In this document: positions 24,735 to 37,236 of the stretch, piece after piece
How the letters are laid out: the number at the start of each line of letters is the position of its first letter
How positions within the stretch are numbered: position 1 is the first letter of the stretch
Origin: Moniliella sp. 'wahieum'
Taxonomy: Eukaryota
Length of the DNA stretch: 64,000 nucleotides
Assembly (NCBI GenBank): GCA_003971905.1
Contig: RSEE01000025.1
Span: forward strand, 620,001 to 684,000
Direction: 5' to 3'
Made by a program: the position numbers and the translations under genes
The notes under the pieces: generated by a model
Databases searched by the model: none
Told to the model about the DNA's origin: nothing
What the model saw: only the letters and a program-made list of their open reading frames with translations

Positions 24735-26490
24735 ATTAACGACTGTCGTGTCCCCTACATTGTCGCACGGTCGTGCGCGCGCGCGTCCTCGCATATATAT
24801 CGCCACGCGCCACTGCAGATCGTTGCCTACCGTTGCAGGCTATGCACCGCCCTCAGTCTGCCAAGAACCTGCAAGAGCCTGCAATAACTCCCCCCAGGCC
24901 CCAGGCCCCGTTTCTCTTCCGTCCACAGCAACAACAGGCACCAACACACACCAACACACACAACACGCAAAGTGGACTGATTGGTTCAGCCGCGGTTCCT
25001 TTAGCGTTAATTACGTTAATTCTCGATTTTCATCGACCATCACCAATTTTGAATACGGAACTATATTGACGAGTGCGAGAGCTGCCGTGAGTGCATGAGC
25101 CCAGCGCGGGGGGGCGCGGTACTACGTCGGGGCCGGCCGGGTCGGGATCGGGATCGTCGGGATCGGAGTGGAGGGTCTTGTTAGTACTTAATACTTGGTT
25201 GTCTTTTCGTTCCTTGGTCGGAGTGGTCGGAGCGCCGCGCATCCAACTAGTATGCATCTTCAAAGTGTCCTACTGGGAATCTCGCTTCCCCCCCCCCTCT
25301 CTGCTGCACCGTCGCCACCGTCGCCACCCACACGAGCCGAGACAGGAAACCACAAGATATGAACGTACGTTGACCGTTGAACGTTGAACGTACGACTCCT
25401 GAGTAACTGAGTCCGAATCGCGCCGCGCATGAGGAGGAGCGCGTGGGTTAAGTATGGGTGTGTTTGTGTGCCAACTAGCGGCACACAACAGCTGCACATC
25501 GACCCTGGGGGGCACTGAGTACTGACTGAGTCCACCGTGAGCCGGGTCAGATCGATCGTACGGCTGGAGTTGAACGTTGGGACGTTGAGATCGAGTTGAG
25601 AGTTGAGTACTTGAGTAACTGCGATGTGACAGGTACGAGCGAGGCTCGAGGCTGGAAATCCATGCACCATGCCGGAAAGAGGATTATCGATCATGGCATA
25701 TGGTGCAGCATGACGAAGTGTTTGCGGGGTACATCAGGGTTCAACTCATCAGGGTACATCCCCAGCCTCAGGCCACCTCGGAGTACATCTTTTGGTAAGC
25801 ATTCTTTTGGCGCGTTGTCAGATGTGTACATGGTATATGCCCTGTGATATATGTTCCCGTATGTCCCCAAGTTGTACACCCGAAATGGGAAGCTGTGCCT
25901 GCGCGCCTTCGATCATTGCGATCATATTTCTCTGATCGAATCGACGACTTTCGTCTGCAGGTACTTTAGTTGTGTTGCGGCCGGGACGTCGACTAGGTAC
26001 TAGGTTCTACTTCGTTCCTACCCTTTTCGCGTTCTGCGTTCCTCGACACATGCCAATGTAATGCCACGCGGGCCAGGCCGAAGCCGGGCGGCCATTGTTG
26101 CTCGCTGGCTTGCACGCCGAGCTCCAAGCAGCAAAGTGGACACCACCCCGACCTCCAGTCTCCCCGTTTCTCCTCGGCCAAAACAAGAACGTGTTGGCGC
26201 ACGAACGATACTTGGCAGAGGCAGTGCCGTAACGGTCTGTGTGGATGCATGTATCGCAGGCAACCATGGTGGCTCTCTTGCGCTTCCCCGTTATTCAGGG
26301 GGGGGGAGGGGGGAGGGAGGAAGGTATATAACAGTGTGCATGATTTCGGACGCTACCGACGTTTGACTCCCATCGACTCTCATTATATCTCAAGAAAGGC
26401 AGAGAGAAAGATCCAGCTGCGCGTGTCTCTGCGCTCTCCCCCGAGAGCAGCTGGTAGAGGAACTGGAAGGCTTTTTTCCCATGGCTGATT

Positions 26491-26842
26491 CCATGTCATT
26501 GGCAGAGCTTAAGGCTGGGACAGGGGGAACGCTACGTCTAATCCTAACCGTTCATCTTGCGGGGTTACTTAGGGCACCACCAGGGTCAAGGAACCAGGGG
26601 GATCGCCAGGATATCAGGACCCTCCGGCTCGCGCCATCCGGTCCCGTACCCTAGGTAGCGCGTGTGAACACGGATAAACGTGGTTGACATCCGAGCGAGG
26701 AACCATGTCCACTGAGACTTAGTAGCCAACTCCTTCCAATGCGCAAACAACTTGCCCGCCGTCTTGGTGCCGTAGTATTCTCGCGTCGTCAAACCAGGGG
26801 GAAAAACGTCTCTTGAGTGCGTCCCTGGTACTTGGCGTTCTT
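26491..26842 (-). mobile_element. Dispersed repeat copy A (coding-derived, probable transposon relic)
   Basis: Reverse complement aligns end to end with 54463-54813. Encodes TTREYYGTKTAGKLFAHWKEL...GWREPEGPDILAIPLVP. Confidence 0.75.
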
Positions 26843-27846
26843 TCCTATATATTCTGCTGCATCTTCTGCATCGTCAGGGACACGAACCCTGAGGACCTAA
26901 GGCCTCACCTTGAGCGTTGAGCCTGGACGTTGTTGAATCTGTACCGCCTCTCACACCATTCACGCTTCCCGCCTCGTCGCCTGGACCATCCGCCGCTCAG
27001 CGCTCAGCGCCCAGCACCCATAGTGGATCGGCATTGGATGTCGGGGGGAAGAAAGGCACACGACCAACCAGGATCAGCCGGGGCAGTGTGGTCCAGCATC
27101 CCGTCGTCCTTCTTTCGTGAAGAGGCGAGGAAAGACGGGGTGAGGGCGGGCAGCAGGGATTGCCACGTACGTTTGGCCTTTGCCCAGAACAGCGATGCGG
27201 GAGGGCAGGCTGGAGGAGAGGGCAAGCGGGGTGGATACTGGATGTGGATGTGGACAGGAGATTGGTGTGCATGTGACTGGAGCAGGGCCGAGTGTGGGGC
27301 AAACCGCCTGGGCATGGATTGGTTGGTCAGAAAAATTGGTGCCCTGTGCTGACAAACCCGCTGACAGCCCAGGGCAGAGCAGGGCAGAGCAGGGCAGAGC
27401 AGGGCAGCCTACGGAGGGGGGCACTGGGGGGGCAGCGCAGCACCTGGCCGGGCGAGGGAAGCACAGTGGCGCTGTGCCTGGCTGCACGCGTGGGTGGGGG
27501 CTGGGCCGGGCCGGGCTCTGCCGAGGCTGCGGGGCAGAGGCGACGGGGCAGTGTGGAGGCGGGAATTAGTAATGGGGATGGCACGGGGGCAGCGGGGCGC
27601 GGGTGCTGCACCACGCTGGTGTGGGTGCATGCCGTGGCCCTTGCAGCTGCAGGCTGCATGCGCCAGGGCCAGGGCGGAGGAGCGGACGGGCGCGAGGTCT
27701 GTGGCCAGAAGCCAGGCCCAGTCTGGCCAAGCAATGCGGCAGATTAACACTGGTCGAGACCCAGCAGCCGCTCGAACCAGCTCGCCAGCCCCACCTCCCC
27801 GCGCCCGACCACCTTCTCCGGCCCCGTCTCCGCTGCGTCCGCCGCC

Positions 27847-29865
27847 ATGTTTGCTCTTGGCCGCTCCGCCCTGCGCTCCGCCCCTCCCGTCCTCCGCGCC
27901 ACGCGCGCCTTCTCCGCATGCGCACCTGCCCGCCGCGTCGTCGCGTCCCAGCCGCTGCGCGCCAAGCAGGCCTCTGCCCCGCTCGATGCGCCCCAGGGCT
28001 ATCAAGTCATTGAGCACGAGTGCGTTGTCCTCCCTTGTCCCCTCCGCCACCCTTGCCTCCCTGCCGCCGTTCCTAACCCCTTTCTGCAGATACGACGCCG
28101 TCGTGGTTGGTGCCGGTGGCGCTGGTCTGCGTGCCACCATGGGTCTCGCCGAGGCTGGTCTCAAGACGGCGTGCATCACCAAACTCTTCCCCACCCGCTC
28201 CCACACTGTCGCTGCCCAGGGCGGCATCAACGCCGCCCTCGGCAACATGACCGAGGACGACTGGCGCTGGCACATGTACGACACGGTCAAGGGTTCTGAC
28301 TGGCTGGGCGACCAGGATGCGATCCACTACATGGCCCGTGAGGCCCCCCGCGCAGTGATCGAACTGGAGCACTATGGTCTTCCCTTTTCGCGCACCTCGG
28401 AGGGCAAGATTTACCAGCGCGCCTTTGGTGGTCAGTCGCTCCAATTCGGCAAGGGCGGGCAGGCGTACCGTACGTGCGCTGCCGCCGACCGCACGGGCCA
28501 CGCTATGCTTCACACGCTCTATGGCGAGTCGCTCAAGCACAAGTCCAACTACTTTATTGAGTTCTTTGCTCTGGACCTGATCATGGAGGATGGCGAGTGT
28601 GTGGGTGTGATGGCCATTAACCAGGAGGACGGGACGATCCACCGCTTCCGTGCACACAACACGGTCCTTGCCACCGGTGGCTACGGTCGTGCCTTCTTCT
28701 CCTGCACCTCGGCCCACACGTGCACTGGCGATGGGATGGCCATGGTGTCGCGTGCAGGTCTGCCGCTGCAAGATTTGGAGTTTGTCCAGTTCCACCCGAC
28801 TGGCATTTACGGTGCTGGGTGCCTGATCACCGAGGGTTCGCGTGGCGAGGGTGGATACCTGCTCAACTCAGAGGGAGAGCGGTTCATGGAACGGTACGCT
28901 CCGACGGCCAAGGACTTGGCTTCTCGTGATGTCGTCTCGCGTGCCGAGACGATGGAGATTCGTGCGGGCCGTGGTGTAGGACCAGAGAAGGACCACTGTT
29001 ACCTTCAACTGTCGCATTTGCCCCCCAAACTCTTGCACGAGCGTCTTCCTGGTATCTCGGAGACGGCTGCCATCTTTGCCGGTGTGGATGTGACCAAGGA
29101 ACCGATCCCGGTCCTGCCTACCGTGCACTACAACATGGGTGGCATCCCGACCAACTACCAAGGTCAGGTGCTGACCCACGAGAATGGGCAGGACAAGGTG
29201 GTCAAGGGGCTGTACGCAGCTGGTGAAACGGCGTGTGTGTCGGTCCACGGCGCGAACCGACTGGGAGCCAACTCGTTGCTGGACATTGTTGTGTTTGGTC
29301 GTGCGTGTGCGAACCACATCAAGGAGAACTCGACGCCCGGAGCACCGCACAAGCCTCTGCAGGGCGACGCGGGCAAGAAGGCGATTGTCGACCTGGACAT
29401 TGCGCGCAACTCGAACGGTCCGCAGCACACGTCGGACATTCGGTTGCACATGCAAAAGGTTATGCAGACGGATGCCGCCGTGTTCCGGATGCAAGAGTCG
29501 TTGGACGAGGGCAAGAAGATTGACCATGTGGCCGACATTCTGCCCCAGGTGGGCATCAAGGACCGCTCTTTGATCTGGAACACGGATTTGTACGAGACGT
29601 TGGAGCTGCGCAACCTGTTGACGTGCGCGACACAGACGATGCACGCTGCTGCAGCGCGGAAAGAGTCGCGCGGTGCGCATGCACGTGAAGATTTCCCCGA
29701 CCGAGACGATGTCAACTGGATGAAGCACACGCTTTCCTGGGACACGGCCGTGGACTTTGTCCAGCCTGGCGAGCAAAAGGTCAAACTCGACTACCGCCCC
29801 GTCATCTCCACCACGCTGGACGAGAACGAGTGCCCGAGTGTGGCCCCCTTTGCCGCAAATACTAA
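27847..29865 (+). CDS. SDH1: Succinate dehydrogenase flavoprotein subunit, mitochondrial
   Basis: Presequence [14 protein letters not shown]. Intron 28020-28089. Motifs [46 protein letters not shown] and RKESRGAH. The true end is probably PFARKY* (TAA 29863-65) after a one-base deletion. Confidence 0.97.
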
Positions 29866-30382
29866 GCGAAAATCTATGGATCTCTAATCCGGTCGACCAT
29901 TGTCACTTCCATGTTCCCCTCCCCTCCCCCCCCCCCTTGGGCACATCTTGTGGATCAGGTTCCGGATCATGAATTGGTTCCCCACATGGCCGTGGCTGCG
30001 AAGTGAACTTCAATCCATCCCACAGCATCTCCCGTTGAAGGTGGATCCCGTAGGAACAGATCAAGTAAAGGTGTACCTGCCCCCTTAGTCGAAAGAAACG
30101 TGAAAGACAACTAGGATGGTGAAGGAGCAATCCTCAAGTGGCGCGGGAGCCTAACGTCAGTTGGTTGGTTTGGCTACTTGAAGCTTGAAGCTTTTGACGG
30201 TGGGCCAAACGCAGAGAGCCTTTGTGAATTCTTGACTGTAGCAAGCACCCCCTTGTTCATACAGATGGAGTTGTTACGACCCCCCCCCGGGGGTCGATAC
30301 TTCTCTCTGAGTCCCCATGCATCGTGAAGTCGGGCAAGCAGCGGGAACGCAACCAGATGCTGGTTTTTTGGGAGCAGGGGAA

Positions 30383-30430
30383 ACCTGCCTCTTGTGACCT
30401 GCCTCTTGTGACCTGCCCCTTGTGACCTGC
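30383..30430. repeat. 14-bp tandem repeat (ACCTGCCYCTTGTG)x3
   Basis: Read directly, ~170 bp upstream of the tRNA. Confidence 0.9.
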
Positions 30431-30600
30431 GAGAGATACGTCCTCTTCTCGCACACTCTTTACGTGAAGATGAGGCGTCAGCGAGTAGGACTGAGGCCAG
30501 CCAATAAAGTGATGGGCGTGTGGGAAACGTGGTGGGAAAGGGAGGGCAGTCCAAGAAGGGGGATATGAATGATGACAACTGCTGCTGTCGACTCCCATCA

Positions 30601-30672
30601 GGGCGGATAGCTCAGGGGTAGAGCGCTTGCTTAGCATGCATGAGGTCCGGGGTTCAATTCCCTGTTCGTCCA
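30601..30672 (+). tRNA. tRNA-Ala(AGC), intronless
   Basis: Acceptor stem GGGCGGA/TTCGTCC with the G3:U70 Ala determinant. D stem GCTC/GAGC, anticodon loop TTAGCAT, T arm CGGGG-TTCAATT-CCCTG, discriminator A. Confidence 0.96.
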
Positions 30673-32823
30673 TTCCTTTGCATCAGTTGGTAATACACAA
30701 CGGTGCATGATGGATTTTTGGGGGGTTACCTTTTTTCGACTAGGCCTCGCGTCCGTTCCCTCGTTCCTTGGACCGGCGGTCTGTTCCTGCAGCTTCGTCT
30801 CAATTGAAGTAAGAGGGGGCCCCTTCTCGCTTCCTCTGCTTCCAGGGGGTGCAAAAACGAAAACGATATGTGCTCTGAAGAATTCCCGTCAGCTTCTCTC
30901 TCGGGAACCACTCTTCATTGTGACCACCCCCCCCCCCCCCATGACGCATGTGATGACGGGCTTCATTTCGTCCACAGCCACATACTATAGTAATCGGTGT
31001 CGCGCTGTCTGCCTTGACTACCGCGGATCGCAGCACTTTGTGATGGTGGAAAGCAGGCTCACACATCTCTAAAGGGCCATATAACTCTCACACGGCTGAC
31101 ATGTGTATACCTACTATACAAGTCGCCGACTGGCCTAAATAAGGGGCATCAGGTTTGAAGCAACGTTTAAGGCCGCGATGGCGAAAGTTGATGTGGCCGC
31201 AGGTCAGAATGGACACGCTAACCCACCCAAAATATACCTAAAAATGCATTTGATCGAACTGGAAAGAATCCCATTTGGAACACTTGGAATAGGAACCACT
31301 TGTCGCGGCCCCTATAACGTGGGAATAGAGAGTGATGTGGACTCATAGGATTCAACCAGATATCGGGGAAATGAAGGCATGCGAATTTTGCAGATATGCC
31401 CCTAGGGCAAATGCATATTAAGGGTAAGGTAAACGATCTATATATTATAGAGAGCGGATGGGACAATTGTATGCAAAATTCAGCCCTCATATGTGACTCT
31501 AAAGCTAAGAGTGCCGGGAATCTGGGATAATCCCAGACGCACCCCGCAGCCGTGAAGGCCACCGAACTTCCAGTGTCGTTGCGACGGCTATCGCCTCTGT
31601 CCCCGTTCCCTTTTTTTTTCTTGGTCGTGCCTGCGGCGACCAACCCCGATTTTGACATGTCTTCCTTTCTACACCCCCTCTTGTATCCGTTTCCCTTTTG
31701 ATATTGCCTTTACACACCTGGTTGATATGGGGATCCTTTCCCCCACCTTTCATTCTCGTCCACCCCCTCCGTTCTCGTCATCTCCCGTCTATCCTGTCCG
31801 ACTCCTGCCCGTTTTCCAGCCAATTGATCCATTACAGGCAGCCTCCTCTTGTTAGCGTCCGACTTCTCCTCCGACCTCGTCCTCCAGCAATCCGTCAATC
31901 CAGTCGCGCGAGCCCTCCTCTGGCCGCGTCGATTTCCAGTCGTCTCTATCCAGTCTCAGTTGAGGCAGTTTTTGACCGCCGGTGCCTCCTCCCGTCCCTA
32001 AGTCCCGGAGGCTTCAGACACGTTACTACGGCCCAAGCCGGTGCAGACGCAGCCTTGCCACACGTGCAGCCGCCCCACTAATGGCCTCTCCTCGTCCTAG
32101 CTCCGCTCGGATCCACCAACCAGCCCAAGCCCGAAACTACCGTGAGTCGACCTACCGTCTCCTAAGGGATCGTACCCCAAAACCCCGGCGGGCGTGCCCC
32201 CTGTGTGGCGGGCCACTCTCCGTGACAAACATATAGCTCTCACACGATTGGCATGTGTAATAGATGTGTTTTGCCCATCAAATTGATGTGAATTGATGCG
32301 CACAACCTGACTACTTACACAAAAAAAGAGAAGTGTGTGGCGGCTGTATGTCCTTACAATATCCCGTGAAGCCACACAGATGACACCACAGTGTTTATAT
32401 GGTCCGTGCATCTCGTTCTAATCGAAGCCACAACAGTAAATGGGCGTGTAGGAGGGCGTATGGATGAGCGTGTGGGAGATAAGCATCATTGTGAGATAGG
32501 AAGAGAGGACAAGGTTGATATCAACAACCATGTCAGCCATCCTTGTTTTAGGGGACCTTGTTCATGACGTTCATGTGAATATGTTACTTAACACTCTCTA
32601 AAAATGTTCGGAGTACATGTGTATACCGGTATACAGATATATACCTGTAGCTACCGATATCCCATCTTTTCTCCAACATCCCCTCACCGTCTGGACATCT
32701 TTCGGTGGGTATATAGCCCCTTTCCTCTCTTCCTGAATCCAACGTTTTCTACGCGCCGGAGCTGACCAGGCTTATGTGCCTTTTCTCGATACCACATCTG
32801 GGGAATTGCAGCCACATCGACCC

Positions 32824-34295
32824 ATGCCACACCAATCCCTGTACGCGGAGATAGTCCGGGAGGAGTCGCCCGCCAGCGCAGAACGTGCAAAGCTGATGGA
32901 GCAGGTGGCCAATAAGTTAAATCTAACTGTAAGTTTGTGCCGGAATGATAATGTGCTTTCTATTCAACCCTTGAAACTGATATAAAATGATACAATCCAG
33001 ACGAAAGAGGATGGACTTCTCGTGTTAATGTACCTCGATTGGGATTGTGACCGTTTGGAACGATCCCTGTCGGTGTCTGGAATTGAAGAGCTGAAGAAAA
33101 CGCGGATTGGCGGACTGCCAGCCTGCGCCAGAACCGTCGCGAACAACAAGGACAATGAAACATTGTGGTGTTTGCTTGAATGGGTCTACGAGAGACGTCG
33201 ATGAGTCCGTCCTGGCAAGTGAGATGTGGCCACCGATACTGTACCAGCTGCTACCGTAACCTCATCCGGTCTAAAGTGGAGAGTGGTCATACGGGTCGGA
33301 TTCAGTGTATGGAACCATCCTGCGACCGTGTCCTCAGCATCCAGATGATCCAACAGGTGGGGGGTCCAAAATGTATGTCGCATTGATGGACAATATTGAT
33401 CGCATGTTGGTTAACAAGTCAACCCATCTGTGTTGGTGCCCTTACCCGGATTGTGACGAAGTGGTGGTCTACGATCATGGTAAACGTCACATCCCAACAA
33501 CTATGTCCAGTCCTGTGCGTTGTAACAAAGGCCACATCCGTTTTGCTTTGCTTGCGGCGAGGCGGTTCATGGGTGGCTCTCCTGCAATGAGATGCGAATC
33601 GCTCAGGGCATGTGCATCAACGTTCAAGAACGAGGCCGCATTGAGAATCACCTTCTTTCTCGCCAGTGGATCTGGAAAAATACCAGGCGCTGTCCTACAC
33701 CTGGATGTGGCGTCCCAATAGAAAAGAATGGAGGATGTGAAACCATTTATTGCAAGAAATGCCACCACGAGTTTAGTTGGGTATATTCACTTTCTCATCT
33801 GTATTATCCAATTGTTTCCGTTGCACCGTCAACGACTGTTGATCAGTTGGCTAATGAGGTCGCTGATCAAGAGGCGAGGTACAAACAGGAAGAAGCTCTG
33901 ATTCAAGCATTGTTACAGGGCTACGAAGAGGGGTCGGCGACTAGCACCCGGTCCGCACAGACCAATCTGTTGACTGATTTGAAGGCTACTCTACGAGACT
34001 GTCGCCTACAGGTGAAGTGGTGTTGTTTTTGGTCCTTGCTGCACCAAGGCGAAAAAACAAGGATCGTGACACAGGAGAAGAAGTGTTCTCGGCGCGTTTG
34101 CACAAGACTACATTGCTATTGGGCTCTCTGAATGAGCCCCCGCGTCGGAGCAACCGGATATCAGGCTCGCGGGAATCCAATATCACAGTGCGATACTTCT
34201 CTACAGCCACAGCCAAGAGTTTGAAGAGTGAGCTGGATGAGGTGCGTCGATCACAGCGGACATTCCTGCAGTATCTGGTTAAGGAGGCGTTGTGA
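32824..34295 (+). CDS. Divergent Ariadne-like RBR (RING1-IBR-RING2) E3 ubiquitin ligase; possibly decaying
   Basis: UBA-like EQVANKLNLT|...LMYLDWD (intron 32929-33000). RING1 CGVC...CGHRYCTSC...CMEPSC, IBR WCPYPDC...CNKGH.FCFAC, RING2 TRRCPTPGCGVPIEKNGGCETIYCKKC. Multiple frameshifts; start uncertain. Confidence 0.8.
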
Positions 34296-35308
34296 ACAAC
34301 ATTGAGGCCGCGGCTACCGGGTACTAAAAAAAGGCGAGTGTGAATGTTGTTGTGTATAAGTGGTGCGTGCGAAACATGACGAAGGTGTGCCAATAAAAAG
34401 CACATCACTCACTTTGGCTCTCCGTCATTTTTCTCCGAGAAGGCAAGCATATATGAAAACCCTCCTTCTGATCTTAGAGACCATCTGTCATCGAAGGTAT
34501 CTCTCGTCAGTACTAGTGTGTTACACCTACTAGTATATCCGCCGAACTATAGACCTGTAGGTTTTGCCTGCACCAACTGCGTCAACGTACCATCAGCCAG
34601 CAGCATTTACGTTATCCGATTATCGCCATTCCGACGCCATCCTCACTGGGACCTCTGAGTTGGGGCTGAGCTGAGCCTCAGCGCTGAGGTGAGACCGGTG
34701 AGGCCTGCAGGAGGCACAACAGGATTACGGATTGCTAGTGAGGTGTGCCACCTGCTTTGAACATTGCAGCGGGCTCCACTCTTATCGCCGGCGGCGTGCG
34801 GTCCGACATGTCTTGGGCGTGGCCGGGAGAAACCGGACGAGGCGTGGCAGCGGGCCGGTTGAGGGACACTGGAGTGGTGCCCGTGAGAAGGGGCGGGTGG
34901 GTCTTTGCGGTAGCATGGCGCCAGTGTGGGTGGCTGCGACGCACGGGCCCGTCCCTGTCCGTCCCTGCCCGACCCCGCTGGGTGGCCAAGAGACAGTGAC
35001 CGGGGTAACGGTAACCGTGTCGGGCAGGCGCGGGGCTGTGTCGTGCCCCGCACCCCACCGCTTCCCCCCCATCCCCGCCTCGTCCGGCGCTGCTGGGAGT
35101 AGGGTGAAATCACCGCGAAGCTTCAAGTCCAGCTGGAAGCGGGGAGGCGGCAGAGGGCGCAGCAGCAGCAGCGGCAGCGCGTTGCTGGCGCCGTGAAACT
35201 TGATATGCCTTGAAGCTTGAGGGTGCACCATTCCGGTCGCTTTCCCAGCCCGTGTGTTCTCTCCCCTCTTCCACCAACCTCGCCAACCTCGCCCCGATCC
35301 CCGCCGCC

Positions 35309-36451
35309 ATGACTGCCGACTACTTCCCCCCTGAGACCGACATCATCACCCTCACGCGCTGGGTGTTGCAGTCGGAGATTGAGGCGCGCAAGACTCACGA
35401 GCACGTCACCGGCGATCTGACCATCCTGCTCACCGCGCTCCAAACCACGTGCAAGTTCATCGAGTCCAACGTGCGCAAGGCGCGTCTCATCAACCTCGTC
35501 GGCCTCGCTGGAGCCGAGAACGTGCAAGGGGAAGACCAAAAGAAGCTCGACGTGCTCAGCAACGAGATTATGGTCAACGCCCTCCGTGCTAGCGGCAAGA
35601 CTGCGGTGCTCGTGTCGGAGGAGGTGGACGAGGCTATCTTTGTCAAGGACTCGCCCAAGGCCACTGTCGGGCGCTACTGTGTCGTGTTTGACCCTCTCGA
35701 CGGCAGTTCCAACATTGATGCCGGTGTCAACATTGGCACCATCTTTGGTATCTACGCCGTCAAGCCCGGTAGCAAAGGGACACTGGCGGATGTGCTCCGC
35801 CCCGGCAACGAGATGGTAGCTGCCGGCTACTGCATGTACGGCTCTTCGGCCAACCTGGTCCTTACCACAGGAAATGGGGTAAATGGGTTCACGCTTGATA
35901 ATGCTCTGGGCGAGTTCATCCTCACCCACCCTAACATTAAGATCCCTCCTCGCGGAAAGATCTACTCTATCAACGAGGGGAATGCCGCATATACGACAAG
36001 CCCACCCTCAAGTACTCGACCATGTCAAGTTTCCCAAGGACGGCCGCAAGCCCTACTCAGCTCGCTACATTGGCTCGATGGTGGCTGATGTGCATCGCAC
36101 CTTGCTGTACGGGGGCCTCTTTGGCTACCCAGCGGACAGCAAGAGTAAGTCGGGCAAGCTGCGCATTTTGTACGAGGCGTTCCCCATGTCGTTCCTAGTG
36201 GAGCAGGTATGTCTCTTCCTTTTTTGTACTTGCACAGGTCAATACTAATACACTTTCCATCTCTCCAGGCTGGCGGCAAGTCCACGACGGGCACCAAGCG
36301 GGTAATGGACATCCAGCCGGATGGCATCCACTCCCGCACGGGCATCTTCTTGGTTCAAGGAGGATGTGGAAGAGCTGTACGTATTCTTCACCCTATTGCC
36401 TTTGGCACATCCTAACTTCTGTTGTCCAGCGAGTCGTTTTACAAGGCGTAA
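35309..36451 (+). CDS. FBP1: Fructose-1,6-bisphosphatase class 1
   Basis: [51 protein letters not shown] and GKLRILYE. Introns ~36207-36268 and ~36376-36429; ends ESFYKA*. Confidence 0.96.
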
Positions 36452-37236
36452 GATAACGTTCCACCGTTTGGTCCCCATCATACCTTCAAGAGGGGCCATG
36501 AGTGTTCTTGACAACTGCTTGTGTCACTCATCTTTCCTTCCTCTCCTTCCATGGCACATGCAACAGATAGCCTTCTTGACATGCATGACAGTGATTTTTT
36601 ACGCACTGTGGTTCACAAAGTTTGATGACTTCTTGGGAAGAGCCTGTTGGAAGAGGTAAGGAAAAACTATTATAAGTTAAGATAGAAGGGTTCCATGTCT
36701 GCTCACACTCTTCTCGCTCGAAAGCGTGTTCGTTGCATGCCACACATCATGTCCTCTTCCACCGTTTCGGAGCTAAAATAATACTTTTCCAGTCAAGAAA
36801 AGCACTGCTGCTTGCCTTTGATCCTGAAAAAACTTTGCTGCTTTGTCTTGAGAGCGCGGGGCAATGTCCACATGTCATCAACACATCTCTACTATATCTC
36901 CAAAACACGCATAATGTGACCAAACAACACAGCTTTGGTGGCTCACCTCCACACCCTCTTGCCCTTTTCCTCCTGGCGGTTCCCCGCAGCCTACCTCGTC
37001 CACCCCACCGCCACGTTTTAGAGTGGATTCTCCCTCGGCACTCACGTTACGCTCACGCTCTCTTTTTCCCTCGTATTGCTCTCTTCTTCTCATCCGTCCC
37101 ACCACCACCAATCCTGTCCTGTGTTTTCCTTCATCTCCTCCTGACTACGACCCTCGATGTGACCCAGAAAAGGTACTCTCCTCTCGCTCTCATCCGATCC
37201 CTGGTCTCAGGGCACCACCTGAAGACGCATCTAGAC

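Noticed and set aside
27494..27846. N-terminal extension of the 797-aa ORF as part of SDH1
   Set aside because: The ORF reads through the promoter and intron 1. The real start is ATG 27847 in another frame, encoding a typical mitochondrial presequence.
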